A stretch of DNA of 64,000 nucleotides from Candidatus Borrarchaeum weybense (GCA_019057385.1 JAHQJS010000006.1:320001-384000); one strand, 5' to 3'. Shown: positions 21,538 to 30,844, numbered from the stretch's first letter. Program-made: numbers and translations. The notes: generated by a model not told the origin, from the letters alone.

Positions 21538-22383
21538 CTAAGGATTACGTACATCATCTATAATTTTGAGCTTTTTGCTCTCTCTTGGATGTATAAATAT
21601 AGTTGGACGATCATTTAAGACTGCTTTTTCTTTCAGTGTTTCATCAGCAGTCAATAAAATAGAGTTTGTTAAATTTGCAATTTCTAGAATAATATTATCT
21701 TCTTCTTGTTGAAATTCTTTTTTGGAGGGTGGAATTTCAATTCCCTCTCTACTTGAGAAAATAGTAATTTTTTGTTTGTTTTCTAAACTTCTTAGTTTTT
21801 CTATCTCATTTATAGCACCCTTTTTCTTATTAGACCCTAGAAGGTCTAGAACATTCATAATAAACTCAGGTATAACCACCTCAAAGTCTTCGAAATACCC
21901 TATCTTTATTAACCGCGAAAGATGGTTGCTTATTAGGATATTGATGTCAGGCAAAATTCTGTTATTAAGCATAATGAGAGGAGGTCTCATAGAATTTTTA
22001 TGCCCACATTCTTTCTTGAAAACAATGTCCAAACCTTCAATTTTTGCTTCTATAAGTAAGGAGGGTGTTTTACACTCCATACAGAAAATAGCGTTATGTC
22101 TGCACGGGAAAAGTTTATTATATATCTCAGCATTCTTAGAATCAAATTGTAGTCCTTGTATATTATTAATATCTCTGACTAACCTTAAATTCTTCTCATT
22201 TTCAGTTCCCTGGACAACCAATGTCTTTTCATAACATTTTGTAGTTAATCCGTTGAATTTGAATCGCCATATTTCATATTCATCTGATTGAGTTTTTTTT
22301 CCTCCATAAGATTCTAAAATATGAATGAGTTTAGATTCATCAAGTTCTGAAGAAATTTGCCAAACTAGAGTTAAATTTCTCAT
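21538..22383 (-). CDS. PIN-domain protein with an RNase HIII-like N-terminal domain and a Cys/His metal knuckle
   Basis: YEIWRFK...CYEKTLVVQG N-domain, CMEC...CGH, PIN motifs PDINIL / EDNIIL / LTAD. Confidence 0.7.
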   Translation of the reverse strand: MRNLTLVWQISSELDESKLIHILESYGGKKTQSDEYEIWRFKFNGLTTKCYEKTLVVQGTENEKNLRLVRDINNIQGLQFDSKNAEIYNKLFPCRHNAIFCMECKTPSLLIEAKIEGLDIVFKKECGHKNSMRPPLIMLNNRILPDINILISNHLSRLIKIGYFEDFEVVIPEFIMNVLDLLGSNKKKGAINEIEKLRSLENKQKITIFSSREGIEIPPSKKEFQQEEDNIILEIANLTNSILLTADETLKEKAVLNDRPTIFIHPRESKKLKIIDDVRNP

Positions 22384-22426
22384 AATACATTATTAGAAGG
22401 ATATGAATTATATTTGTTGTGATAAT

Positions 22427-23266
22427 ATGCCTACCGTTTCTCTAACAATTGATTTATATGAACTTGAAGAATTAAGGAATTATATTCTTAAAACAGATCT
22501 AAAGAGAGTTTCAACGAAAAATGAATATGAATTGCTACGAGTTAAAGACGGAAATGTTAACATTGTAGTCTATAAATCAGGAAAAATAGTCCATAATGGA
22601 ACTATGGAATCTCAAAAAGTCATTGATACTATTCTTAAGAAGGAACTTACGTATGATTATATTTTAGGATCTGATGAGACTGGTAAAGGCGAATGGTACG
22701 GACCGCTTGTCGTAGAAGGAGTTGCGTTGACTCCAGACTTGATTTTGAAATGCAGAAAGATGGGAGTACGGGATAGCAAAACTATGGCTAAGTCACAGTT
22801 GATGGCAATTGCGCAAAAACTCACAAAAATGAAATTTGTTAGGACATTTAGAATACTTTTACCAGAAGTCTACAATTTAAGATATGAAGAATTCCAAGAT
22901 GAAGGAAAAACTCTTAATGATATGTTAGCATGGGCACATTCTGCAGTTATAAAAGAAATTATTGGACAAATAAAGTTTAGTAACGCTAAAGTTGTAATCG
23001 ACAAATTTGACTTTGAAAAAACTGAATACAGACTTTCAAGTATTGACAGAGCAAATCTGGAAATCATTCAGAAAACAAAAGGTGAATCTGAGATCCCTGT
23101 AGCCGTTGCAAGCATTATTGCGAAATATATTTTCGAGAGCGAAGTAGATTTACTGAATACAGAATACGGTCTAGATCTCAGAAACACAACTCCTGCTGAG
23201 ATAGATCCGAAAATCCTTCCCTTTGTAGCTAAACTTCATTTCAAAAATGTGAAAAAACACCTTTAA
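22427..23266 (+). CDS. rnhC: Ribonuclease HIII
   Basis: N-terminal YELLRVK..IVVYKSGKIV domain; GSDETGKGEWYGP, DSK, VIDKF, KGES and VAVASIIAK motifs. ATG at 22427 preferred over the track start at 22403. Confidence 0.82.
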   Translation: MPTVSLTIDLYELEELRNYILKTDLKRVSTKNEYELLRVKDGNVNIVVYKSGKIVHNGTMESQKVIDTILKKELTYDYILGSDETGKGEWYGPLVVEGVALTPDLILKCRKMGVRDSKTMAKSQLMAIAQKLTKMKFVRTFRILLPEVYNLRYEEFQDEGKTLNDMLAWAHSAVIKEIIGQIKFSNAKVVIDKFDFEKTEYRLSSIDRANLEIIQKTKGESEIPVAVASIIAKYIFESEVDLLNTEYGLDLRNTTPAEIDPKILPFVAKLHFKNVKKHL

Positions 23267-23280
23267 TCCCTGTCAATCTT

Positions 23281-23553
23281 TTAAATCTCTTTTTTTTGCT
23301 GAAGGATCATTGCCATTAGTTTTTTTAACCATGGTTTTCCTTCTTCAAAAATACTATCTGCAAGAACTTTCACGATATCCAAAGATGCAACATTTCGCCA
23401 ATCTTCCAGATTTTTTGTAATCCGTTCTGTAATTCCTTGAATAAATTGCGCAAGCACGAACTCCCAATATTTCATGTGAACTTCTAGATCTGATAATTTA
23501 TCCTCAGTCTGTGAAGCTTCATCTTTCTTTCGCTTGAATGCCATTCCAGTCAC
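23281..23553 (-). CDS. Small hypothetical helical protein
   Basis: 90-aa ORF with protein-like composition; no recognised motif. Confidence 0.5.
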   Translation of the reverse strand: MTGMAFKRKKDEASQTEDKLSDLEVHMKYWEFVLAQFIQGITERITKNLEDWRNVASLDIVKVLADSIFEEGKPWLKKLMAMILQQKKEI

Positions 23554-23652
23554 TTTATCCCTTTAATAGCACAATTTGCATTCCCCTTTATATTTCCTAA
23601 GGAAGAAAGTGATAGTTCTATAATAAGTAAATAGGATCTCAAAATCATACTT

Positions 23653-23920
23653 CTAGTTTGAGAAAATGATGTTTATGCTATTCTTTTCTGCATACTCTTT
23701 CGCTTCTACTTCATCATTGAATATCTTAAAACATCAAACTCACATAACACTTTCTTTCCATCGACGACAAAATCAGACATTGGTCGTGCAATATTGCCTG
23801 CCTCTAAATACACTCTGATTAACATATTCTTTCTTCTTCTGCAGCTTTTTTACATTCTTCGCATCTCTTAGGTCCTCTTGCGCAGTGAGGGACATATAAT
23901 TTGTCGATTACATCAATATA
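23653..23920 (-). pseudogene. Frameshifted remnant of a small Cys-rich protein
   Basis: Manual translation with two inferred frameshifts: YIDVIDKLYVPHCARGPKRCEECKKAAEEERIC / LIRVYLEAGNIARPM...EFDVL / KIFNDEVEAKEYAEKN. Confidence 0.5.
23854..23920. repeat. 67-bp imperfect direct repeat, copy 1
   Basis: 57/67 identical to 25599-25665, with an exact core AGTGAGGGACATATA. Confidence 0.9.
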
Positions 23921-23927
23921 TTCTATT

Positions 23928-25565
23928 TTAAACCTTGTCATCATCTAATAATTCCTTTATTTTGAAGATAGTTCTCAGATATTTTTCCATAACGCCTAAC
24001 AACGTTTCTAGTACATCTAAATCTACTTCCGCTGCTTTAACATGTCCTATATCATTTCTATTTAATCTGTATACATCAAACGCGTGTTTAACAAAAGTAT
24101 CAAATTCAAAAATACTTATTGTCTTATCATCATTAACATTATTCAATATAGCAACAAGTTTTCTATCAAAATATTTCCTTAAGTTTTTTTCTTTAGTCTT
24201 AATACTTTGTACGTGCAAATCTTTTTCAATTTGATTATAATTTGAGATTCTTTTTCGTTTACACCACTTCAAATACGATTCTGTCAATAAATCAATACTT
24301 CTTTCAGAAACGCAACCTAAAAAAAATGTAGACGCTAAAGGAAAGTCAGAATTGTATGTACCAACACATTCTTTAAGATAAGCAAGTAATACATTATCTA
24401 TATCCTCAATATCTCCAATTCTTTTTAGAACTCCTATAAACTTTGATTTTTTCGCAATTTTTGATTTCAAACTCATAATCATATCCTGTGCTAATATTCT
24501 ATCATCAACAATCAAACCTTTATCTGCAATTTCTACCAATCTATCTATTGCTTCGTCGATTTCTATTTGACCTAATAGTTTTATCGCACCTTGTCTGTCT
24601 TGAGCGATCTTGTCTTTGTCTAAGGCAATATTTTTCAATCTTTCAATTCGTGAAACTTGAATTGGTGATGAAAGCCTTGGTAGTTCTTTCTGAAAAACAG
24701 ATTTCTCAGCATCTAATTTTCCTTTAATTATAACACTTTCACTTAGGGTGGTAAAAATATCTCTTACAAGTTTAACTGAGGCATTATTTTCTTCTGCAAA
24801 ATCATACAAATGAATAATATCGTTTTTTTCCGAACTATTTATTATTTCTTCTCGAATTTCTTCTCTAAAACGTTCTGACAAATATAGAAAAAGATTTTTA
24901 ATTAATTGGCGATTTGCATTTTGGAAGATATTACATTCAAAGGTATTACTAAAAAGAGTATAGCTCCCTATTCCAATAACTCTTCCACATCCTCTTTCAT
25001 AGTACATACCTATTATTGGAATATACTGATCTGGTTCAACGTAAAGTTTGATAGCATCTGCTTTGCCAGAAACTCCAACCCTACAACCACTATATGAAAT
25101 CCCGGTCTTCTCTCTATGACCCATTATAATCTCTATTCCTGTTGTTATTGGCGGAACTCGACTTGAAAATGGGGAGACTCCTATTTTATAATAGGTATCG
25201 TCAAAATTAATTCCGAATTTAACTCCTAATTTGCTTAAATTGTTACCATGTTTTTTGTCGCCTCCCTCACCATTGATGATTAGCAAACTTCCACCTGAAT
25301 CTACAAAATCTTTTATATATTGTATATCATTCTCAAGAAGTTCCTTTTGAGGACAACCAATAACTAAAATGTCACAATCATTAATTAGATCGGGATAAAC
25401 ATGACCCCAATTAGTAATCTCAAACTTTAATTCATCTTTTAGTATTGTTTTAAATTCTGAATAATTCTCCTTAGAGTGTATATCTATCAATTCATCATGA
25501 TAAAGAAGAAATTTTACTCGCAATTTCTTTGCAATCGTAAAACTTCCACTCACCATGATATTCAC
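23928..25565 (-). CDS. Multidomain protein: GIFT/DUF4350-like domain, PCI-like winged helix, helical repeat and HEPN-like C-terminus
   Basis: DILVIGCP..FVDSGGSLLI..GRVIGIG..NRQLIKN; IIKGKLD PCI-like motif; LASTFFLGCVSE helix and RNDIGH (Rx4H). Confidence 0.65.
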   Translation of the reverse strand: MNIMVSGSFTIAKKLRVKFLLYHDELIDIHSKENYSEFKTILKDELKFEITNWGHVYPDLINDCDILVIGCPQKELLENDIQYIKDFVDSGGSLLIINGEGGDKKHGNNLSKLGVKFGINFDDTYYKIGVSPFSSRVPPITTGIEIIMGHREKTGISYSGCRVGVSGKADAIKLYVEPDQYIPIIGMYYERGCGRVIGIGSYTLFSNTFECNIFQNANRQLIKNLFLYLSERFREEIREEIINSSEKNDIIHLYDFAEENNASVKLVRDIFTTLSESVIIKGKLDAEKSVFQKELPRLSSPIQVSRIERLKNIALDKDKIAQDRQGAIKLLGQIEIDEAIDRLVEIADKGLIVDDRILAQDMIMSLKSKIAKKSKFIGVLKRIGDIEDIDNVLLAYLKECVGTYNSDFPLASTFFLGCVSERSIDLLTESYLKWCKRKRISNYNQIEKDLHVQSIKTKEKNLRKYFDRKLVAILNNVNDDKTISIFEFDTFVKHAFDVYRLNRNDIGHVKAAEVDLDVLETLLGVMEKYLRTIFKIKELLDDDKV

Positions 25566-25598
25566 TTATAGTTCTTTATAGTTATATAATTCCTTTAA

Positions 25599-25665
25599 AT
25601 TCTTCACATCTGATAGGTTCTCTTTCGAAGTGAGGGACATATATTCTGTCGGTTATATCAATATA
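25599..25665. repeat. 67-bp imperfect direct repeat, copy 2
   Basis: 57/67 identical to 23854-23920. Confidence 0.9.
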
Positions 25666-25742
25666 GTCATTTGATGACGTTTTGATCTTTTATTTCGGAG
25701 AGTTTTACTCCTCCTAGAAACTGAGATGTTTTCTTGTAATGA

Positions 25743-27029
25743 TTAGTCCAGCGGTATTGCTGATGCAATAATTACTTTTTCTGCCAAGAATTTAACAAGT
25801 GGAATCTCACATTCTATAATTTTCGTGGACTCTGAAAAAGGAATATGTCGGGGATATCTTTCATATCGATCTGATGAATGTACTATGGCATTGCGAATAA
25901 TCTTAATGCGATTGGCGATAGTACCAATGATATGATCTTCGTGTTGTGATACTACAACATTTTTCCCAAATAGTTCACGCTGCGTTGTGTACCATTTTTC
26001 CCCAAAGTGTGTTTCATGCATGTTAATAAACTCTATTACTTCTTCCTTATCTATAAACTTATAAAGAACGTTTTTAAGCATCTCTGTCTCATCAGTAATT
26101 TTATTATGATCGATAACATCTTGAATCAAACGATCGAGAAAGAAGGGTGTCGGTCTAAAATTCGGATCGCTGAGTCGACGAAAAAGTTGATCATATAATT
26201 TTTCATCCGAGACCTTCAGAAAGAAATATTCTAAAACCTGATAGAATGATAAAAATTGAAGGTCTGGAATATCACTGCTTGTCCCTAGTAAATAAAATCG
26301 TACGAGATCCGAATGGTATGTAACAGTAGGTAAAGGTTGTTGTATTGCAGGATAAAGCCCAACAAAATTCTCTATTAAAGAAAATTCTCTTTTTGTAAGA
26401 GAAGGCCATTCATTTACTAAGGCAAAGGAAACATCCTTTGAGTATGCGAGTGTAAAAAGACAAGAATCTATGAGTGCTGATGAATGCTTTATGGCCGACT
26501 CAACATTACCCTCGGACATATTGCATACCCGTATTGTGAATGGACTATATAGGAGGCTTCGGATATCTGTTACCCCACTCCGTGAAATCCCTATGGATGA
26601 ACACATTTTTGTTAGACAATGTTGAAGGTACTTCTTATCAAAACGAAAATAATTTATGAACTGTGTTGATGCATTGCTTATTGAAACGTAAAGTTGTTCC
26701 TCGCTTGAATTGCCAAATACAAACCCTTCGACTCCAAGAGGTAATTTCTGTGTGAGTGGTTGAATTATTTGCTCGCGATAAGTAGGACTGCAAATACTGC
26801 ACTCAACAGGAGCATTTTCTATTGTAGATCTGAATTCTTCAGAATCTATGTATTCGTTAATATCCTCCTCGGTGATTCGAAGTTTTACATCTTTCTTATA
26901 TGAAGTTGCATCATAGGTCTTCAAACATTTACAATTGAACCGGAGTGCTTTAGTTTCTTCATTAAATAACTCTAACCCAGCTTCTAAATAGGATTTTTTG
27001 AATAATTCTTTAGCTTCATGGAAGTTCAT
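25743..27029 (-). CDS. HEPN-superfamily (ApeA/MauJ-like) protein
   Basis: FLSFYQVLEYFF helix and C-terminal RNAIVH (Rx4H) motif. Confidence 0.72.
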   Translation of the reverse strand: MNFHEAKELFKKSYLEAGLELFNEETKALRFNCKCLKTYDATSYKKDVKLRITEEDINEYIDSEEFRSTIENAPVECSICSPTYREQIIQPLTQKLPLGVEGFVFGNSSEEQLYVSISNASTQFINYFRFDKKYLQHCLTKMCSSIGISRSGVTDIRSLLYSPFTIRVCNMSEGNVESAIKHSSALIDSCLFTLAYSKDVSFALVNEWPSLTKREFSLIENFVGLYPAIQQPLPTVTYHSDLVRFYLLGTSSDIPDLQFLSFYQVLEYFFLKVSDEKLYDQLFRRLSDPNFRPTPFFLDRLIQDVIDHNKITDETEMLKNVLYKFIDKEEVIEFINMHETHFGEKWYTTQRELFGKNVVVSQHEDHIIGTIANRIKIIRNAIVHSSDRYERYPRHIPFSESTKIIECEIPLVKFLAEKVIIASAIPLD

Positions 27030-27268
27030 GTTCTATCAGCCTCTGTAAATGATGAGGCGTATTACTTGATATATATGAGTACTTCATGATTTAATTGTAT
27101 ATAGACGGGATGCGAACTTTTTACTATCTATATAGGTCTTTATTTTCGAATGATGAAAAAAATCCTTGTGATTGCATTATGCTATAATTCTGGTTGAGCT
27201 AGATGTCATAAGCCCTGAATCCATTGAAATTGAAGAATGGATTATGTCCAACATCGATTTTATCACGT

Positions 27269-27405
27269 TTGAACTCTGACAAGCGCATAGTCCGATAACA
27301 TTAGGGAAGATCTTTCCCTTTCCAAAGGAAAACTTGATGATTATCATAAAACGTGGAATTTTATCAATCATTCCGTAGTTTTATAAATAATTGTAAGGTT
27401 GTAAT
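27269..27405 (+). ncRNA. Orphan copy of the tnpB 3' end / element end (putative omega-RNA scaffold)
   Basis: Aligns over ~137 bp with the reverse complement of 35725-35860, including an identical 27-mer (27334-27360 vs 35770-35796). No tnpB CDS upstream. Confidence 0.7.
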
Positions 27406-27460
27406 GACCTCGTGACCGTATCTTTGATTTTAAGAATCCAAAAAGTGTATTGATCAAAAT

Positions 27461-28006
27461 TTAACTAAGATAACCTAACGATTTTGCGGCCTCTATAATT
27501 TTTTGTGCACTTTCCACAACCGTTTCATTATCGGTATCAACTATAAGCTCTGGATTTAGAGGTTCTTGGTATGGGTCATCGATCCCAGTCATCTTTTTTA
27601 TTTCTCCAGCTAATGCTCTTTTATAGAGCCCTTTTGGATCTCTTTGAATACATGTTTCAATTGAACATTTAACAAAAATCTCCATAAATCCACTTCGCTC
27701 GTCCTGACTAAGTTCACTTCTTGCGTAATCACGAACTTCGCGATATGGTGAAATTAGAGAAACAATGACGACCACACCGTTTCGTGCAAGAATTTTACTT
27801 ACCCAGATGACGCGGTGATTGTGTTGATCTCTCTCTTCTTTTGAGAAACCAAGGTCTGGGCTCAAATTTTTTCTAACTACATCCCCGTCAAGTATTTCGA
27901 CGTTTCGATGTGAGTTGTTCACTAGATATGTTTCAAGTTCTCTCGCTATGGTTGTTTTCCCAGAGCCTGAGAGTCCCGTTAGCCATATAACAAAACCTTT
28001 TGTCAT
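27461..28006 (-). CDS. cysC: Adenylyl-sulfate kinase
   Basis: WLTGLSGSGKTT, LDGD, ISPYR, RDPKGLY and TGIDDPY motifs. Confidence 0.96.
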   Translation of the reverse strand: MTKGFVIWLTGLSGSGKTTIARELETYLVNNSHRNVEILDGDVVRKNLSPDLGFSKEERDQHNHRVIWVSKILARNGVVVIVSLISPYREVRDYARSELSQDERSGFMEIFVKCSIETCIQRDPKGLYKRALAGEIKKMTGIDDPYQEPLNPELIVDTDNETVVESAQKIIEAAKSLGYLS

Positions 28007-28055
28007 GTTTAATCCATCCTTTCTTCATTTATTTCCTATATATTATGCTATTCTT

Positions 28056-28643
28056 TCATCTCCTCTGTCGATACAACTTGTTATCTACAGGTTGCATCAT
28101 ACTTTTCAGATCTGCCTCTGGAAGATTTAGAAATTCAGGTATTTTTTTAATATGTGTCTTAGGATCTAACAATATCTCATTGTAGTTTAAAAACAAAACA
28201 TCGATATCTTCTCTCTCTATAATTGTTTTTTTCATTATCCTATTCAATTTTATGAACGCTTTTTTTGTTTTATACCGATTTTCATCCTGTATTCCCGTCA
28301 TCTTATCCATAGAATCCAATACTTCCTCGATATTCCTCTCTGAATAGATAATCTTATATCTTCCAAGCGGAAGAAATTTCAGACCATAAGTCGTAATCTT
28401 GATAAATTTGCCTCGGAAGTTCTCCAGTTGAAATGTCCCGTCAATTAGTTTGTTTATGACCTTTCCGCCCTCAAGTTCATAGTATCCTTTCGGATTGTGA
28501 GGATCTGGAGGACGTGAACTATCAGATGCTATTGGCACGCCTCCAGCATGTAATATTTGCATTAGCATAGATGTACCAGACCGTTCTATTCCCGAGACAA
28601 TGTAATTAGTGTTGTTGTCTAATGAAAGCAACTTTTTGGTCAT
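28056..28643 (-). CDS. Sulfotransferase-family protein
   Basis: PAPS-binding VSGIERSGTSMLM, NPKGYYE and R...E...S motifs. Confidence 0.82.
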   Translation of the reverse strand: MTKKLLSLDNNTNYIVSGIERSGTSMLMQILHAGGVPIASDSSRPPDPHNPKGYYELEGGKVINKLIDGTFQLENFRGKFIKITTYGLKFLPLGRYKIIYSERNIEEVLDSMDKMTGIQDENRYKTKKAFIKLNRIMKKTIIEREDIDVLFLNYNEILLDPKTHIKKIPEFLNLPEADLKSMMQPVDNKLYRQRR

Positions 28644-28644
28644 C

Positions 28645-29685
28645 CTACAGCCAATCCCTGTATTCAGTCAAGATTTTGTTTAAGAACGTCTTTTTTTCCT
28701 CTTTTGGCAAGACAATTCCAAAAACATCACTTTTCCCACCTGCGGAATACCCTATGCTTCGAGCCATTTCAATTAGATTTTTTGAATTCGACAAACCATT
28801 ACTTCGTCGTATGTAAAGTTGGACGTCGTCAGGAAATAGTCCGTTGTTAATCACAATTACAGTTTTTTCCTTATTTTCTTTAGTTTGAAGAGCTAAGTGT
28901 CGCGTAACAGCAGATATGAGATCATATTTTGTATCAATTTCAAAAAGCAAGATATTATTTTCGTCATAAGAGGGTTTTTGTGCAATAAGACGGTTTAATT
29001 CGTTTTCCAACAGCTTTAAATGTTTTTTCCATTTCTCGTATGCAAGAATGCTTTTCGGATCATCTTTAAATTGAAGCAAAGCGAATACAGCATTTTCTAC
29101 TTCTTTCTTATTCTGAATTTTAAAGTTTGAATCGATTAATTCAATCATGTCTAGAAGTTCTGAGAAATTGATATCTATCGAGTCAATATACGTAGAGATC
29201 TCTTGATAAATCACTTTATTCTTTTTTATTTTCGCTCCTAGGTCTCCTATAGCACCTAATATTGGAAATATGTTTATTTCGTTGTTTAATAAATCATTAA
29301 TGAACCAAGCCGCTGCAGGAAAATTATCTCCATTTTGCCCCGAAAGTGTTGGATTGAAATTAAGCACTCCTGGAATGTGATCTTGTAAATGATGATCAAA
29401 AAGGAGTATTTGTGCATTTGTAACCTGTTGGAGTTTCAGGACATCTTCTTTCAGTACTGCAATATCTGCTATTATGATAAACTCAAACTCGTGTGCTTTT
29501 TCATAAATCTCTGGTATCAGCCTGTAATTCCCAATATGTAATGTTGACGTAATAATTTGCGTGTCATTTGCTGAGAGAAATTCGTAAAGCAATGCAGCGG
29601 AGCAAATCCCGTCTGTGTCCCAATGATGAATAAGTAAGCCGCTTTTATTTTGTAGTTTTTTGAGTTCTTCCATTCTTCTATTCAC
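28645..29685 (-). CDS. DHH-family phosphoesterase (candidate PAP phosphatase)
   Basis: HHWDTDG, DHH, GAIGD and C-terminal AGG motifs; located in a PAPS operon. Confidence 0.8.
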   Translation of the reverse strand: MNRRMEELKKLQNKSGLLIHHWDTDGICSAALLYEFLSANDTQIITSTLHIGNYRLIPEIYEKAHEFEFIIIADIAVLKEDVLKLQQVTNAQILLFDHHLQDHIPGVLNFNPTLSGQNGDNFPAAAWFINDLLNNEINIFPILGAIGDLGAKIKKNKVIYQEISTYIDSIDINFSELLDMIELIDSNFKIQNKKEVENAVFALLQFKDDPKSILAYEKWKKHLKLLENELNRLIAQKPSYDENNILLFEIDTKYDLISAVTRHLALQTKENKEKTVIVINNGLFPDDVQLYIRRSNGLSNSKNLIEMARSIGYSAGGKSDVFGIVLPKEEKKTFLNKILTEYRDWL

Positions 29686-30826
29686 TTACAAAAGGGTTTT
29701 CTTCACATATAATCAACTTTGCAACTTCAGGTCGCATTATTTCTTTAGGCGGGAGTTCTTTATCGCAGATCAACTTACGTATTTTTGTTCCAGAGAATGA
29801 AATGTGATCTGATTCGCTATGTGGGCAGGTTTTCTCATTTGCCACTCCACCACAACGTTTACAGTAGAAAAACGACTTAAAGAAAATGGGAAATATTCCT
29901 AAATCTGGAAATTCCTCGAAAATGTCCTGAGCAGCATATGGATCATAGTAGTTTCCAACACCCGCGTGATCTCTTCCAATAATTATATGGGAACAACCGA
30001 AGTTTTTACGGACGATCGCATGGAATATTGCTTCCCTAGGACCAGCGTATCTCATATCAAAGTTGAGAATGCTCATGACTGCCCTTTCTTTAAGATAATA
30101 GTGTTTCATTAACTCCTCATACGATGCAAGTATAATATCGTCTCTAAAATCGCCGATTTTTTTGCGACCCACGACCGGCTGAATTAGAACACCATCCACA
30201 AAGGTTAGCGCTGTTTTCTGAACGTATTCGTGACCAATATGGGGCGGGTTTCGTGTTTGGAACGCTACCACAGTCCTCCATCCCTTTTCCTTGAACAAGA
30301 TCCGCGTTTCGATCGGTTGTAAGTTATACTTTTCATACTGTCGTCTTGTTTCAGTGATTAACTCGATTTTTCCGCCAATGAGAACATCTCCTAGCGTGAA
30401 GGTTTTCGCAACACCGGGGTGGTTTATGTCTGTAGTACCAAATACATGCTGGGCAAGATCGTGTTTGCTATACCCGTATTTTTCATCAATTTTCATCAAT
30501 GCAAGAAATTCATTATTATCATATAAAATGATTTCATCATCCTCTTGAATTTCTTTGGATTTCTCTTCTGAAACATCGAGAATAATAGGTATTGTCCATG
30601 GTATGTCACTAGATATTCTCTTTTCTAGTAAGCATGATTCAAGATCGTTTTGATTAAAAAATCCTTCTAGAGGGCTAAATACACCATTAGCGATGTTTTC
30701 CACATCATTAATCAGATCACTTCTGAGTTCAATCTGAGGTAGTTCTTTAACTTCTTCAAACATCTTTTCTTTTTCGCTTTTCTTTAAGCGACGATTTATC
30801 AACTTTCCACCGTGTGGTCTTGGCAT
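29678..30826 (-). CDS. sat: Sulfate adenylyltransferase
   Basis: PHGGKL, FQTRNPPHIGHE, MRYAGPREA, GRDHAG and CxxC...CPH motifs. Confidence 0.97.
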   Translation of the reverse strand: MPRPHGGKLINRRLKKSEKEKMFEEVKELPQIELRSDLINDVENIANGVFSPLEGFFNQNDLESCLLEKRISSDIPWTIPIILDVSEEKSKEIQEDDEIILYDNNEFLALMKIDEKYGYSKHDLAQHVFGTTDINHPGVAKTFTLGDVLIGGKIELITETRRQYEKYNLQPIETRILFKEKGWRTVVAFQTRNPPHIGHEYVQKTALTFVDGVLIQPVVGRKKIGDFRDDIILASYEELMKHYYLKERAVMSILNFDMRYAGPREAIFHAIVRKNFGCSHIIIGRDHAGVGNYYDPYAAQDIFEEFPDLGIFPIFFKSFFYCKRCGGVANEKTCPHSESDHISFSGTKIRKLICDKELPPKEIMRPEVAKLIICEENPFVSE

Positions 30827-30844
30827 TATATCACCTGCTGATAA

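Noticed and set aside
23854-25665. Repeats as a CRISPR array
   Set aside because: Only two 67-bp copies 1.7 kb apart, with no spacer periodicity and no cas genes.
27177-27371. 64-aa minus-strand ORF
   Set aside because: Antisense to the orphan tnpB-end copy; no protein features.
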